64,000 nt of DNA. Source: Candidatus Eiseniibacteriota bacterium (GTDB lineage: Bacteria; Eisenbacteria; RBG-16-71-46; CAIMUX01; VGJL01). Below the pieces are notes generated by a model. The model did no database searches. It was not told the DNA's origin and saw only the letters and a list, made by a program, of their open reading frames with translations. The position numbers and the translations under genes were made by a program. Below are positions 39,388-49,446 of this stretch, in pieces; positions within the stretch are counted from its first letter, which is position 1, and each line of letters begins with the position of its first letter. The stretch lies in the NCBI GenBank assembly GCA_963792585.1, contig CAWBWI010000001.1, forward strand, positions 288,001-352,000, in the 5' to 3' direction.

Positions 39388-39397
39388 AAGGAGATCC

Positions 39398-40033
39398 ATG
39401 GAGCGGCTCACTTCACCCGGGATCGAGGAGTATCTGAACGGGCTCTTCCCGCCTTCCGATCCGGTATTGGGCGAAATGGGCCGCCTTGGGAACGAGCGCA
39501 ACTTCCCGATCGTGGGACCGCTCGTCGGCAACCTCCTCGAGATCCTCGCGCGGGCGATCGGCGCCCGCGCCGTGCTGGAGCTGGGCTCCGGCTTCGGATA
39601 CTCCGCTTACTGGTTCGCGCGCGGCCTCGCGGGCACCGGCCGCATCGTCCTCACCGACGGCAAGAAGGAGAATCTCCTCGAGGCGAAGGCCTTCCTCGGA
39701 CGGGGAGGTTTCCCGCACGCATTCGAGTTCTACAAAGGGGATGCGCTCGAGCGCCTCCGGCGCGCCGGCGAAACCTGGGACATCATCTTCTGCGACATCG
39801 ACAAGCATGGCTATCCGGATGTGGTCGCGCCGGCTGTCGAACGGCTGCGGCCCGGCGGCCTCCTGATCTTCGACAACACCCTCTGGTCGGGGCGCGTGCT
39901 GCCCGACGCGGGGCCGGGGGACGCCGCCACCGAGGGAGTGCGGAGTCTGAACCGAATCCTCTCCACGCACGCAGATCTGAGATCGACGATTCTCCCGGTC
40001 CGGGACGGCGTCGCGGTCGCGGTCAAGATCTAG
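39398..40033 (+). CDS. O-methyltransferase
   Basis: VLELGSGFGYS, FCDIDK, DNTLWSG. Confidence 0.9.
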   Translation: MERLTSPGIEEYLNGLFPPSDPVLGEMGRLGNERNFPIVGPLVGNLLEILARAIGARAVLELGSGFGYSAYWFARGLAGTGRIVLTDGKKENLLEAKAFLGRGGFPHAFEFYKGDALERLRRAGETWDIIFCDIDKHGYPDVVAPAVERLRPGGLLIFDNTLWSGRVLPDAGPGDAATEGVRSLNRILSTHADLRSTILPVRDGVAVAVKI

Positions 40034-40043
40034 GAAGGAGCGC

Positions 40044-40733
40044 ATGGCAAAGGGGACGATCCTGGTCGTCGAGGACGAGAAGGACATACGCGAACTCCTC
40101 CGGCACCATCTCGAACGCGAGCACTTCCGCGTGGTGGCGGCAAGTTCCGGTGAGGAGGGGTTGAAACTCGCGAAGCGGGAGCATCCCGACCTGGTCCTCC
40201 TCGATCTGATGCTGCCGGGCCTCGACGGACTCGAGGTGTGCCGCTCGCTGCGTGCGGAGGCGGAGACCCGACGCACCCCGATCGTCATGCTGACCGCGCG
40301 GTCCGAAGATGCCGACGTGGTGGCCGGCCTCGAACTCGGGGCGGACGACTACGTCACGAAGCCGTTTCAACCCCGTGTGCTGCTTGCGCGCCTGCGGGCT
40401 GTGCTGCGCCGCCTCGAGGCCGAGCGGGCGGAGCCGGGCGAGTCGATCGTCTGCGGCGATCTGGTCATCGACAGCGCGCGGCATCAGGTCCGCCTCAAGG
40501 ACAAGGCAGTCTCCCTCACCTTGACCGAGTTCCGCATCCTCACGCACCTGGCGCGCCACCCCGGCCGCGTCTTCTCGCGCTACCAGATCCTGGATGGCAT
40601 CCAAGGGCAGGACTCGTTCGTCCTCGACCGCACGATCGACGTCCACATCGCCGCCCTCCGGCGCAAGCTCGGCGGCTTCGGCGATCGGATCGAGACCATC
40701 CGCGGCGTTGGATACCGGCTGAAGGATGCCTGA
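40044..40733 (+). CDS. phoB: OmpR/PhoB-family response regulator
   Basis: Receiver (LDLMLPG, GADDYVTKPF) plus winged helix (IETIRGVGY); symbol is by family and context. Confidence 0.8.
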   Translation: MAKGTILVVEDEKDIRELLRHHLEREHFRVVAASSGEEGLKLAKREHPDLVLLDLMLPGLDGLEVCRSLRAEAETRRTPIVMLTARSEDADVVAGLELGADDYVTKPFQPRVLLARLRAVLRRLEAERAEPGESIVCGDLVIDSARHQVRLKDKAVSLTLTEFRILTHLARHPGRVFSRYQILDGIQGQDSFVLDRTIDVHIAALRRKLGGFGDRIETIRGVGYRLKDA

Positions 40734-42474
40734 TCCCGCCCGAACGCTCGCGCGCCCGCTCCTCGTTCGTCCCCTTGTGATCTCCCTGTTGCCGTTGGCG
40801 GCTTTCCTCATCGCTCTCGCGGGTCCGATCCGCGCCCGTCTCGATCGGGAGGAAGGGAAGGACTGCGCGCGGCACGCGGAACTCCTCGCGGGGATGCTGA
40901 CCGGGATGAACCATCCGCCGATCGATCTGCCGGGAACGGGGATCGACGGCGGCCGCGATCGAATCCTGCTCCTCAATGGCGCAAAGCTGCCCGTCTACGA
41001 TTCTTCGTCCGCGCGCGTCCAGCATCGAGATGCCTGGTTCGGCCCGATTCCGGGAGAGACGTTGTGGGTTGAACAGGCGGAGATCGTGCGTGGCACGCAC
41101 GGAGAGCGACTGAGTCGCGCCGCGGTCCGCTGGGGGACGCCGCCCGGCGGGGGGGCGCTCGTCCTCATCCGCTCCCTGCGCCCGATCGACACGCGGCTGC
41201 GTCAGGCCGGACTGCTGGCCATCCTGTTATGGGCGGCCTGGGCGGCGGTGGTCGGGTGGGTGGGGCTCGCGACGCGGCGGCGACTCCTCGCGGAGCGACG
41301 CGATCTGCTTACTAGACTCGATGCGATTCCCGAGGATCCCGTTGGGATTCCGCAGAGCGGGGAGAACTCCTTGCGTCTCGATCGCTCCGTGCGGGAGGCG
41401 GCCGAGCGTGCGAGCCGCAGGATTGCGGAACTCGGCGACGAGGTGCTGGAGCGCGAGGCGGTTCTTCACGGAATGCTTGAAGGGGTCGTCGCCGTGGATA
41501 CCCAGCGGCGCGTTCTGATGATCAACCCGTCGGCGGAGCGGATGCTGCACGTGGAGACGGTCCGTGGCCGGCCGATCGCGCAGATGGTTCGCAGCGCTGC
41601 CTTCCACGACCTGGTGGAGGCGATCCTCCAGAGCAGAATGCCGGGAGAGGTCGAGTTCGAGTTCGAGGGGGGGCGACGACTGCGGGTGATCGGGGATGTC
41701 TTCCGCGGCCGGGAAGGGGAACTGCGAGGGGCGGTCCTCGTCATGGGAGACGTGACGGAGGTCCGGCGGCTCGAGAGGATCCGCCGCGATTTCGTCGCCA
41801 ACGTCTCCCACGAACTCAAGACCCCGATCACGGTGATCCAGGGTTACATGGAGACCCTGCTCGACGAGGCCGAGAACGATCCCGAACTCCGGACGCAATT
41901 CATGCGCACCGTCGCCAAGAACGCCGGCCGGATGCACCGGATCATCGAGGACCTTCTCGCGCTCGCGCGTGTGGAGTCGACGGGAGCGGAGATCGAGCGC
42001 GCAGACTTCGACATCCGCGATCTGGTGGAGCGATGCGCTCGTGATTTCGTCGGGGAAGCGGCGAGCCGGGGAATCCGAATCGAATCGAGTCTGTCCGTGG
42101 AGCCGGCGACCCTGTTCGCGAACGAGGCGCTCCTCGAACGCGCTCTGGGGAATCTGATCGACAACGCGATCAAGTACGCCCGGCGGGACTCGGTTGTGTC
42201 TGTTCGTGTCCGCGAAGAATCCGGGGTCGTGCTCTTCGAGGTGCAGGACGAGGGTCCCGGGATCGATCCGGGCCACCAGTCGCGGCTCTTCGAGCGCTTC
42301 TACCGGGTCGACAGGGGGCGCTCTCGGGAACTGGGCGGGACCGGATTGGGTTTGGCGATCGTCAAACACATCGCCATCGCCCACGGCGGCGAGGCCGGAG
42401 TCGAGAGCAGGCTCGGGGAAGGCTCGACCTTCCAGATCCGGATTCCGCGCCGGTCCCACGAGGAGATGGCTTGA
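40726..42474 (+). CDS. phoR: PhoR-like sensor histidine kinase
   Basis: TM segments, PAS, FVANVSHELKTP, NLIDNAIKY, FERFYRVD, GTGLGL. Confidence 0.8.
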   Translation: MPDPARTLARPLLVRPLVISLLPLAAFLIALAGPIRARLDREEGKDCARHAELLAGMLTGMNHPPIDLPGTGIDGGRDRILLLNGAKLPVYDSSSARVQHRDAWFGPIPGETLWVEQAEIVRGTHGERLSRAAVRWGTPPGGGALVLIRSLRPIDTRLRQAGLLAILLWAAWAAVVGWVGLATRRRLLAERRDLLTRLDAIPEDPVGIPQSGENSLRLDRSVREAAERASRRIAELGDEVLEREAVLHGMLEGVVAVDTQRRVLMINPSAERMLHVETVRGRPIAQMVRSAAFHDLVEAILQSRMPGEVEFEFEGGRRLRVIGDVFRGREGELRGAVLVMGDVTEVRRLERIRRDFVANVSHELKTPITVIQGYMETLLDEAENDPELRTQFMRTVAKNAGRMHRIIEDLLALARVESTGAEIERADFDIRDLVERCARDFVGEAASRGIRIESSLSVEPATLFANEALLERALGNLIDNAIKYARRDSVVSVRVREESGVVLFEVQDEGPGIDPGHQSRLFERFYRVDRGRSRELGGTGLGLAIVKHIAIAHGGEAGVESRLGEGSTFQIRIPRRSHEEMA

Positions 42475-42565
42475 CCCGCGGAGCGGAGGTGGGGATCTTC
42501 TACTCGCGGGGCGAGTCCGGGGAGGGTTCGCCGCGACGGGAGTATGTCGCGCGGAGGAGGAAACG

Positions 42566-43321
42566 ATGACGAAGACCCTGGGGAAGATTTCCGTGCTGGT
42601 TCTGGCCCTTGCGGCCGCGACCGGCGTGGCGAGGTCGGACACGACCATCGTGACCAAGACGAACGATGCAACGCAGACCATTCAGTTCAGCGCCCACAAG
42701 CTCCACATCGGCGCCCCCGAAGGGGGGATGATCTTTCGCGGCGACACGAAGCTGCTCTGGATCATCGACCCCGATGAGAAGTCGTACACGGAAATGACCG
42801 ACGCGGACATGAAGGAGCTGGCGGCGACCATCCAGCACGCGATGGCGCAGATGAAGAATCTGCCGCCAGCCGTCGCCGAGAAGATCAAGGGCGCCCTTCC
42901 CGGCGCGGAAGTGCCGAAGCGGACCGTCAAGCCGATGGGGGTCAACAAGGAGATCAACGGCTTCCCCTGCTCCGGTTACATCGTCTCCACGGAGGGGAAG
43001 AACGTGGTCAGCGAAGTCTGGGCGACCGAGCCATCCGCGTTGAAGATCGCAACGGCCGACATGGTGGTCTTCAAGGAATTCGCCGACTTCATGGCCGCCG
43101 CGGTGCCGGGCCTCGACGCCATGGCGGACTGGGCGAAGGATCTCGAGCACCCGAAGGAGGGCCAGGTGCCGGGAATCCCCGTGCTCACGATCGTGAAGGA
43201 CGAAGCGGGGAACGAGACGCTTCGAACGGAACTGGTGAGCGCGGAGCATTCGGCGATCGCCCCGTCGGTCTTCGAGGCGCCAGCCGGCTACGAGAAGACC
43301 TCGATGAAGAAGGGGAAGTAG
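42566..43321 (+). CDS. Secreted protein, DUF4412-like
   Basis: GGAGGAGG RBS; signal peptide; KEINGFPC; C-terminal SVFEAPAGY. Confidence 0.7.
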   Translation: MTKTLGKISVLVLALAAATGVARSDTTIVTKTNDATQTIQFSAHKLHIGAPEGGMIFRGDTKLLWIIDPDEKSYTEMTDADMKELAATIQHAMAQMKNLPPAVAEKIKGALPGAEVPKRTVKPMGVNKEINGFPCSGYIVSTEGKNVVSEVWATEPSALKIATADMVVFKEFADFMAAAVPGLDAMADWAKDLEHPKEGQVPGIPVLTIVKDEAGNETLRTELVSAEHSAIAPSVFEAPAGYEKTSMKKGK

Positions 43322-43336
43322 GCCGGGAGCGCCAAG

Positions 43337-44698
43337 CTGAACCGCAGGGCATGGGCGTTCGCCGCAGTCGGGGCGGGCGCCTTTCTTTCCGCGATCGGCA
43401 CGAGCGGGATCAGCTCGGTGCTGCCGGTCATCCGCACCTCCCTCGGCTGTGGGTTCGCCTCGATCCAGTGGGTCGTGGCCGTCTTCCTCCTGGTCGTGAG
43501 CGCCCTGCTCCTGGCCTTCGGCAGACTGGGGGACCTCAAAGGGCACGTCCCGGTCTACATCGTCGGGATGACGATATTCTCCGCATGCGCAACTCTTTGT
43601 GGACTGGTTAGTTCCGTCCATGCCCTCATCCTGTTTCGCGGGCTGCAAGCCGTCGGGGCGGCCATGCTCTTCGCGACCTCCCCCGCAATTCTCATCCGGA
43701 TCTTCCCGCCGGAGCAGCGGGGGCGCGCGCTCGGCCTGCAATCGATGCTGGTCTACCTCGGGCTGACGATCGGTCCATCGCTCGGTGGTTGGTTGACCGA
43801 GCGGTTCGGGTGGCGGGCGGTCTTCCTGATCAATGCGCCCCTCGGGCTGATCTCCCTTGCGATGAGCGTTCGGTTCCTGCCCCGACACGAACCGACCCGT
43901 CGGGGCGACCGATTCGATCCGGCGGGAACGCTTGCCTTCGCGCTGGGCCTGGTCGCCCTGATGCTCGCGCTCAACCAGGGGCCGGCCTGGGGGTGGGGCT
44001 CGGCCCGCGTCATCTCCCTCCTGGCGGCGGCAGCGGCTCTCGCCGTGGCTTTCCGTCTCATCGAACGGCGGGTCGCCAGTCCGCTCCTCGACCTGCGACT
44101 CTTCCGCAACCGGCTCTTCACCCTTGCGGGGCTGAGCGCCGTCGCGAACTACATCGCCATCTACGGCATCATATTTCTCATGCCCTTCTACCTGATCCAG
44201 GGTCGCGGAATGGGGGCGGGGCAGGCGGGCATGATTCTGACCGCGCAGCCGCTGGTGATGGCGATCGCCGCGCCGCTCTCCGGAATCCTCTCGGATCGCA
44301 TCGGCTCACGCCTGCCGGGAACGGTTGGAATGGCGGTGCTCGCCCTGGGTCTCCTTCTCCTGTCGCGGTTGGGCGCAACGGCACCGACGCATGCGATCGT
44401 GCTCGCCCTCGGCGTCGCGGGGCTCGGCACCGGGCTCTTCGTCTCCCCGAACTCGAGCGCGCTCATGGGATCGGTCCCGCGCGATCGGCAGGGGATCGCG
44501 GGGGGCGTGCTCGCAACGGCACGCAACTTCGGCATGGTTCTCGGGGTTGGCATGGCGGGCGCCGTCTACTCGACCCTCGTCACGCGCGGCGACGGCATCT
44601 TCGGGGCGGTGAGGGGGAGCTTCCTTGCGGCCGCGGCGGTTGCGCTTCTCGGCGCCGCCCTCTCCGCGGGTCGCGGAAGCCCTTCGTCCGAGGTCTAG
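43337..44698 (+). CDS. MFS transporter (DHA2-like)
   Basis: Many TM helices, GRLGDLKG, RGLQAVG, GWRAVFLIN; frame extends upstream to CTG at 43337. Confidence 0.9.
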   Translation: MNRRAWAFAAVGAGAFLSAIGTSGISSVLPVIRTSLGCGFASIQWVVAVFLLVVSALLLAFGRLGDLKGHVPVYIVGMTIFSACATLCGLVSSVHALILFRGLQAVGAAMLFATSPAILIRIFPPEQRGRALGLQSMLVYLGLTIGPSLGGWLTERFGWRAVFLINAPLGLISLAMSVRFLPRHEPTRRGDRFDPAGTLAFALGLVALMLALNQGPAWGWGSARVISLLAAAAALAVAFRLIERRVASPLLDLRLFRNRLFTLAGLSAVANYIAIYGIIFLMPFYLIQGRGMGAGQAGMILTAQPLVMAIAAPLSGILSDRIGSRLPGTVGMAVLALGLLLLSRLGATAPTHAIVLALGVAGLGTGLFVSPNSSALMGSVPRDRQGIAGGVLATARNFGMVLGVGMAGAVYSTLVTRGDGIFGAVRGSFLAAAAVALLGAALSAGRGSPSSEV

Positions 44699-45387
44699 GC
44701 GCGCTTCGAACGTGACGGCTTGGGCGCCCGCTTCACGGGAACCACAGGTTTGACGGCAAATGCGCAGCGCTCGGCGAGCATGCACTCGCCGCATCGCGGA
44801 CCGCGCGCCACGCAGACATTTCGGCCGTGCAGGATCATCCGGTGGCTCAGCATGGTCCAGTCCTTGCGGGGAAAGAGCGCCATGAGGTCGCGCTCGACCT
44901 TGACGGGGTCCTTCTGCTTCGTGAGGCCAAGCCGCAGCGTGACCCGCCCGACGTGGGTATCGACGACGACCCCCTCCTGCGTGTCGAAGGCATTTCCGAG
45001 GATCACGTTCGCGGTCTTGCGGCCGACGCCGGGGAGGGTGAGCAGCGCCTCCATCGATCGCGGCATTTCGCCGCCGTAGGCTTCGATCAGCCGCGCGCAG
45101 CCGCCGAGGATCGACTTCGTCTTGTTGCGGAAGAACCCTGTCGATTGGATGAGCGGCTCGAGGCCCTCCCGGCCGAGGGCGAGATAGTCCTCCGGGCGGC
45201 GGCAACGGCGGAACAACTCCGGCGTGACCAGGTTCACCCGCACGTCGGTGCACTGCGCGGAGAGAACGGTCGCAACGTAGAGCTCGAGTGGGTCCGTGAA
45301 ATCGAGGGAGCAGCGCGCATCGGGGTATGCACGGGCGAGGCGGCGCCCGATCCAGACGGCTAGCCTCTTCGTCTCGTCTTCAGCCAC
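44695..45387 (-). CDS. nth: Endonuclease III
   Basis: LSAQCTD, LPGVGRKTAN, VDTHVGR, C-terminal 4Fe-4S Cys cluster. Confidence 0.95.
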   Translation of the reverse strand: MAEDETKRLAVWIGRRLARAYPDARCSLDFTDPLELYVATVLSAQCTDVRVNLVTPELFRRCRRPEDYLALGREGLEPLIQSTGFFRNKTKSILGGCARLIEAYGGEMPRSMEALLTLPGVGRKTANVILGNAFDTQEGVVVDTHVGRVTLRLGLTKQKDPVKVERDLMALFPRKDWTMLSHRMILHGRNVCVARGPRCGECMLAERCAFAVKPVVPVKRAPKPSRSKRA

Positions 45388-46565
45388 GTCACGATCTCCT
45401 CCGCGCTGCGGTTGTTGAGGATGTCGGCCGGGGTGAGCCCTCCTTTGGCGGCATTGCCGATGAACTGCCGCGGATAGGCGAGCGCCGAGGGCGAATGCGC
45501 GTCCGCGTCGATCGCAACCGGCACGCCGAGCTCCCGGGCCCGCGGAATCCAGCGCCAGTCGAGGTCGAGCCGAAACGGGTTCGCGTTGAACTCGACGGCG
45601 ACGCCGTGGCGGGCGCAGGTCTCGAGCAGGAACCCCGTATCCAGGTCATAGAGGGCGGGGCCGGGCAGGAGTCGTCCCGAAGGATGGCCCCAGATCGTCG
45701 TGGACGGGTGAGCCAGTGCGCGCGCGATCCGGGCGGTCATCGTCTCCCGATCCATCTCGTAGGTGTCGTGGACCGAGACGATCACGAAGTCGAGTTCGGA
45801 GAGGACGTCGTTGGAATAGTCCAGGGAGCCGTCCGGATGGATGTCCGATTCGATCCCGTGCAGGATGCGGACCGAAGGATGCTTCTCCTGCAGCGTGCGG
45901 ATCGACGCGCGTTGCGCGCGCAGCCGCGGGGGCTTCAAGCCTCGGGCGTATTCAGCCCGCTGCGAATGATCGGAGATTCCGATCCATCGATAGCCAAGAC
46001 GCTGCGCCTCCACGACGACTTCCTCCAGGGTTCCGCGCCCGTCGCTCTCGGTCGTGTGGACGTGGAAGATCCCGTGGACCGACTCCGGTCCGGCCAGCGT
46101 CGCCGGGCGTCCGGCGTCCGGCTCCGCCGTCTCTCGAAGAAGCGGATGGACCGGCTCGAGATCCAAGCTGATGTAGATCCGATCCTCCGTGAGGGGGAGG
46201 GCCGTCCCATCGCGGCGGAAACCGGTCGCGTCGAAGGTGAATCCACGCTCCCGCGCCCGGGCCCGCAGCCACTCGCGATGCGCATCGGCGCAGCTTTCCC
46301 AGAGCCAGCATGCCTCGAAGTCCTCGAGGGGGCGGCGTAGAATCCGGATCGGAATCCCCGAGCGGGCGCGGATCGTCTCTTCACGCGGCGCATTCTCCGA
46401 CGTGGTCGACACGATCATGACGACCTCGCGGACCGTCTCCATCTGGCGGCGCAACTCGCCGGCAACCTCGACGCGCCCGGTGCCGGGGCCCAGGTAGGAG
46501 AATGCTTCCTCGGCGGCGGCCCACGCTTCGGGAAGAAGGGCGGCATCGAGCGAATGCGACGTCAT
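45360..46565 (-). CDS. PHP-domain protein with truncated PolX-like N-terminus
   Basis: VAGELRR, HVHTTESDG, SDHSQ, GIESDI, GHPSGR, DADAH. Confidence 0.85.
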   Translation of the reverse strand: MTSHSLDAALLPEAWAAAEEAFSYLGPGTGRVEVAGELRRQMETVREVVMIVSTTSENAPREETIRARSGIPIRILRRPLEDFEACWLWESCADAHREWLRARARERGFTFDATGFRRDGTALPLTEDRIYISLDLEPVHPLLRETAEPDAGRPATLAGPESVHGIFHVHTTESDGRGTLEEVVVEAQRLGYRWIGISDHSQRAEYARGLKPPRLRAQRASIRTLQEKHPSVRILHGIESDIHPDGSLDYSNDVLSELDFVIVSVHDTYEMDRETMTARIARALAHPSTTIWGHPSGRLLPGPALYDLDTGFLLETCARHGVAVEFNANPFRLDLDWRWIPRARELGVPVAIDADAHSPSALAYPRQFIGNAAKGGLTPADILNNRSAEEIVTWLKTRRRG

Positions 46566-46572
46566 CCGTTTC

Positions 46573-47241
46573 TCAGCGAGCGAGCCGGATCACTTCGGCG
46601 ACGAGCTTGGCGATCCCTCCGGCCGCCTCGTCGATGGAGCCGGCGAGCATGTAGGCGGGGGTGGTGACGATCTTGTTCGCCTCGTCCACAACGATGCCGT
46701 CGACCGCGCAGTCGACGTGCTCCGCCCCCATCTTCTCCACCTGTTCGGCCGTTCCGTGGTCCGTTCCGATCGTCACCCGCGCGCGGATCCCCTTCTTCGC
46801 AAGAACGCGCGCGACGAGCGGGGGGGCGATACACATCGCCCCGATCGGCTTGCCGGCCGCGTGCATCTCGAGCAGGAGGCGCTCGAGTTCGGGCTGGATC
46901 GCGCAGGCCTCGCCCGCGGAGGCGAAGTCGCTCAAGTTCGTCGCGGCGCCGTAACCGCCCGGGAGGATCACCGCGTCGATGTCGGAAGCATGCAGGTCGC
47001 GGATATCGCTGATCTTGCCCCGCGCGATCCGGGCCGACTCGGTCAGCATGTTGCGCGTCTCCGCGGTGGGGGACCCCCTGCGGTGATCCACGACCCCAAC
47101 CTGCGGCGCATCGGGGGCGGCGCAGACTGCGTCGGCTCCTCCCCGCGCGAGTTCCAGAAGGGTGATCGTCGCCTCGTGGATCTCGCTGCCGTCCTTGACG
47201 CCGCACCCGGACAGGATCACGCCGACTCTCCGCCTGGCCAT
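46573..47241 (-). CDS. elbB: ElbB / ES1-family glyoxalase
   Basis: LSGCGVKDGSEIHE, ESARIARG, PGGYGAATNL, TTPAYM. Confidence 0.92.
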   Translation of the reverse strand: MARRRVGVILSGCGVKDGSEIHEATITLLELARGGADAVCAAPDAPQVGVVDHRRGSPTAETRNMLTESARIARGKISDIRDLHASDIDAVILPGGYGAATNLSDFASAGEACAIQPELERLLLEMHAAGKPIGAMCIAPPLVARVLAKKGIRARVTIGTDHGTAEQVEKMGAEHVDCAVDGIVVDEANKIVTTPAYMLAGSIDEAAGGIAKLVAEVIRLAR

Positions 47242-47419
47242 CGTCGTCCTCCCTGCGGCGCGCATCCGCCGCAGGGACAGACTATCGCATCGGACCCGGT
47301 CGCGCCATCCGGAGGCCGGCGCGACGCCGCCGGCCGGAGTCCCCCGGTCGAACTCCGCCGGCATTCCCGCCCCGTCGGCGTGCCGCGATCGATTCCGCGC
47401 GCCCTCAGGCGGGCGTCCC

Positions 47420-47449
47420 TTGACACTCCGATCCCCGGGGTCCTAGCCT
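47420..47449 (+). promoter_or_regulatory. Sigma70-type promoter of dxs
   Basis: TTGACA-18-TAGCCT, 7 nt before the ATG. Confidence 0.6.
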
Positions 47450-47456
47450 GCTGCAA

Positions 47457-49391
47457 ATGTCCCAGCCCAACGCTCCCAACCTGCTATCCGGGATCGACAG
47501 CCCAGCCGATCTCAAACGCCTCAGCGTCGACGAGCTGATCGCCCTCTCGGGGGAGTTGCGCACCTTCGTCTGGGACACCATCACGCAAGTCGGCGGCCAT
47601 CTCTCGGCGAGCCTCGGCGTGGTCGAGTTGACGGTGGCGTTGCATTACCTATACGACGCCCCCCGGGACCGGATCGTCTGGGACGTCGGCCATCAGTCCT
47701 ACATCCACAAGGTCCTCACCGGTAGGCGCGACCTGCTCCCGACCATCCGTCAAATGGGAGGAATCAGCGGCTTCTGCAAGCGGAGCGAGTCGCCCTACGA
47801 CGCCTTCGGCGCCGGGCACGCGAGTACCGCCATCTCGGCCGCGCTGGGGATGGCGACCGCCCGTGACCTTGGAGGGGAGGACTATCACGTCGTGGCCGTG
47901 GTCGGAGATGGGGGGATGACCGGTGGCCTTGCCTATGAGGGGCTCAACAACGCGGGGGCTGCGGGACGACGGCTGGTCGTCATCCTGAACGACAACAAGA
48001 TGTCGATCTCTCCCAATGTCGGCGCCATATCGCGTTACCTGACGAAGATCATCTCGAGCCCGCACTTCAACCGGACGAAGGCGGACGTCTGGCGCCTCTC
48101 CGAGCACTTCCCGAAGACGAACGTGTTCCGGAACATGGTGCGCCGGATCGAGGAAAGCTTGAAGGGACTGCTCGTGCCGGGCCTCCTCTTCGAGGACCTC
48201 GGCTTCCGATATCTCGGCCCGATCGACGGCCACAACCTCCGCGAGCTGATCCCGGTCCTCGAGCGGGTGAAGGCGATGGAGGGCCCGATCCTCCTGCACG
48301 TGCTCACCACCAAGGGCAAGGGCGTCGCGCTCGCCGAGCACGATCCGCTGAAGTACCACGGAGTGAAGGGGTTCGTGCGCGGCAACGGCAAGATCGAGCC
48401 GCCTGCGCCGAAGCCGACCTACACGGACGTCTTCGGGCATCTGATCCCGCGGCTCGTGGCGGAGGACGGCCGCATCGTCGCCGTCACCGCAGCGATGTCG
48501 GAGGGAACGGGACTCGTCCGGATGGCGGAGCTCCAGCCGTCGCATCTCTTCGACGTCGGAATCGCCGAGGCGCACGCGATCACTTTCTGCGCGGGGCTGG
48601 CCACGGCGGGCCGCCGGCCGGTCGCCGCCATCTACTCGACGTTCCTCCAGCGGGCGTACGACCAGATCGTGCACGACGTCGCGCTGCAGCACCTCCCTGT
48701 CGTCTTCTGCATCGATCGGGCGGGGCTGGTGGGCGAGGACGGTCCGACGCACCACGGGTGTTTCGATCTCTCGTATCTCTCCTGCATTCCCGAGATGACC
48801 ATCGCCGCGCCGAAAGATGCGCGCGAGATGTGCGACCTGATCCACACCGCCCTTGCGCAGCAGGACGGGCCGTTTGCGATCCGCTACCCGCGCGACACGA
48901 TTCCGGACGGGATCACCCTCGATGAAATCGAGACGATGCCCCTGCGCCCGATCCCGATCGGGTCGTGGGAACGGCTCCGACCGGGATCCGACACGATCCT
49001 CCTTGCCGTCGGCTCGATGGTTCCCGTTGCGATGCAGTGCGCCGAGCGTCTCGAGCGTCCGGGCGACTCCGTCGGCGTCGTGAACTGCCGATTCGTGAAA
49101 CCGCTCGACGAGGGGATGCTGCGGGCCATCCTGGACGGAGCCGCCCGCGTGGTGACCCTCGAGGAAGGTTCCGTTTGGGGCGGCTTCGGTTCCCACGTCG
49201 CGCGCCGGTGCGAGGAGTGGGGCTCGCGCGCACGGGTCCTCTCGATCGGCCTGCCGGATGCGTTCGTGGAGCACGGGAAGAGAGCCGTCCTGCTCGATCG
49301 GGCGGGCCTCTCCGCCGACCGCGTCCGCTCGCGGATCCTGGAGTGGATCTCGTCCCCGCACGCGGTCCCCGCCTCTCCCTCCACCCCCTGA
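47457..49391 (+). CDS. dxs: 1-deoxy-D-xylulose-5-phosphate synthase
   Basis: GGHLSASLGVVELT, WDVGHQ, GDG...NDN, DRAGLVGEDGPTH. Confidence 0.97.
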   Translation: MSQPNAPNLLSGIDSPADLKRLSVDELIALSGELRTFVWDTITQVGGHLSASLGVVELTVALHYLYDAPRDRIVWDVGHQSYIHKVLTGRRDLLPTIRQMGGISGFCKRSESPYDAFGAGHASTAISAALGMATARDLGGEDYHVVAVVGDGGMTGGLAYEGLNNAGAAGRRLVVILNDNKMSISPNVGAISRYLTKIISSPHFNRTKADVWRLSEHFPKTNVFRNMVRRIEESLKGLLVPGLLFEDLGFRYLGPIDGHNLRELIPVLERVKAMEGPILLHVLTTKGKGVALAEHDPLKYHGVKGFVRGNGKIEPPAPKPTYTDVFGHLIPRLVAEDGRIVAVTAAMSEGTGLVRMAELQPSHLFDVGIAEAHAITFCAGLATAGRRPVAAIYSTFLQRAYDQIVHDVALQHLPVVFCIDRAGLVGEDGPTHHGCFDLSYLSCIPEMTIAAPKDAREMCDLIHTALAQQDGPFAIRYPRDTIPDGITLDEIETMPLRPIPIGSWERLRPGSDTILLAVGSMVPVAMQCAERLERPGDSVGVVNCRFVKPLDEGMLRAILDGAARVVTLEEGSVWGGFGSHVARRCEEWGSRARVLSIGLPDAFVEHGKRAVLLDRAGLSADRVRSRILEWISSPHAVPASPSTP

Positions 49392-49446
49392 CCGCGCCTC
49401 AAGAACCAACCCACATGGGCCGATAACCCCATAGGGGGATCACGAG

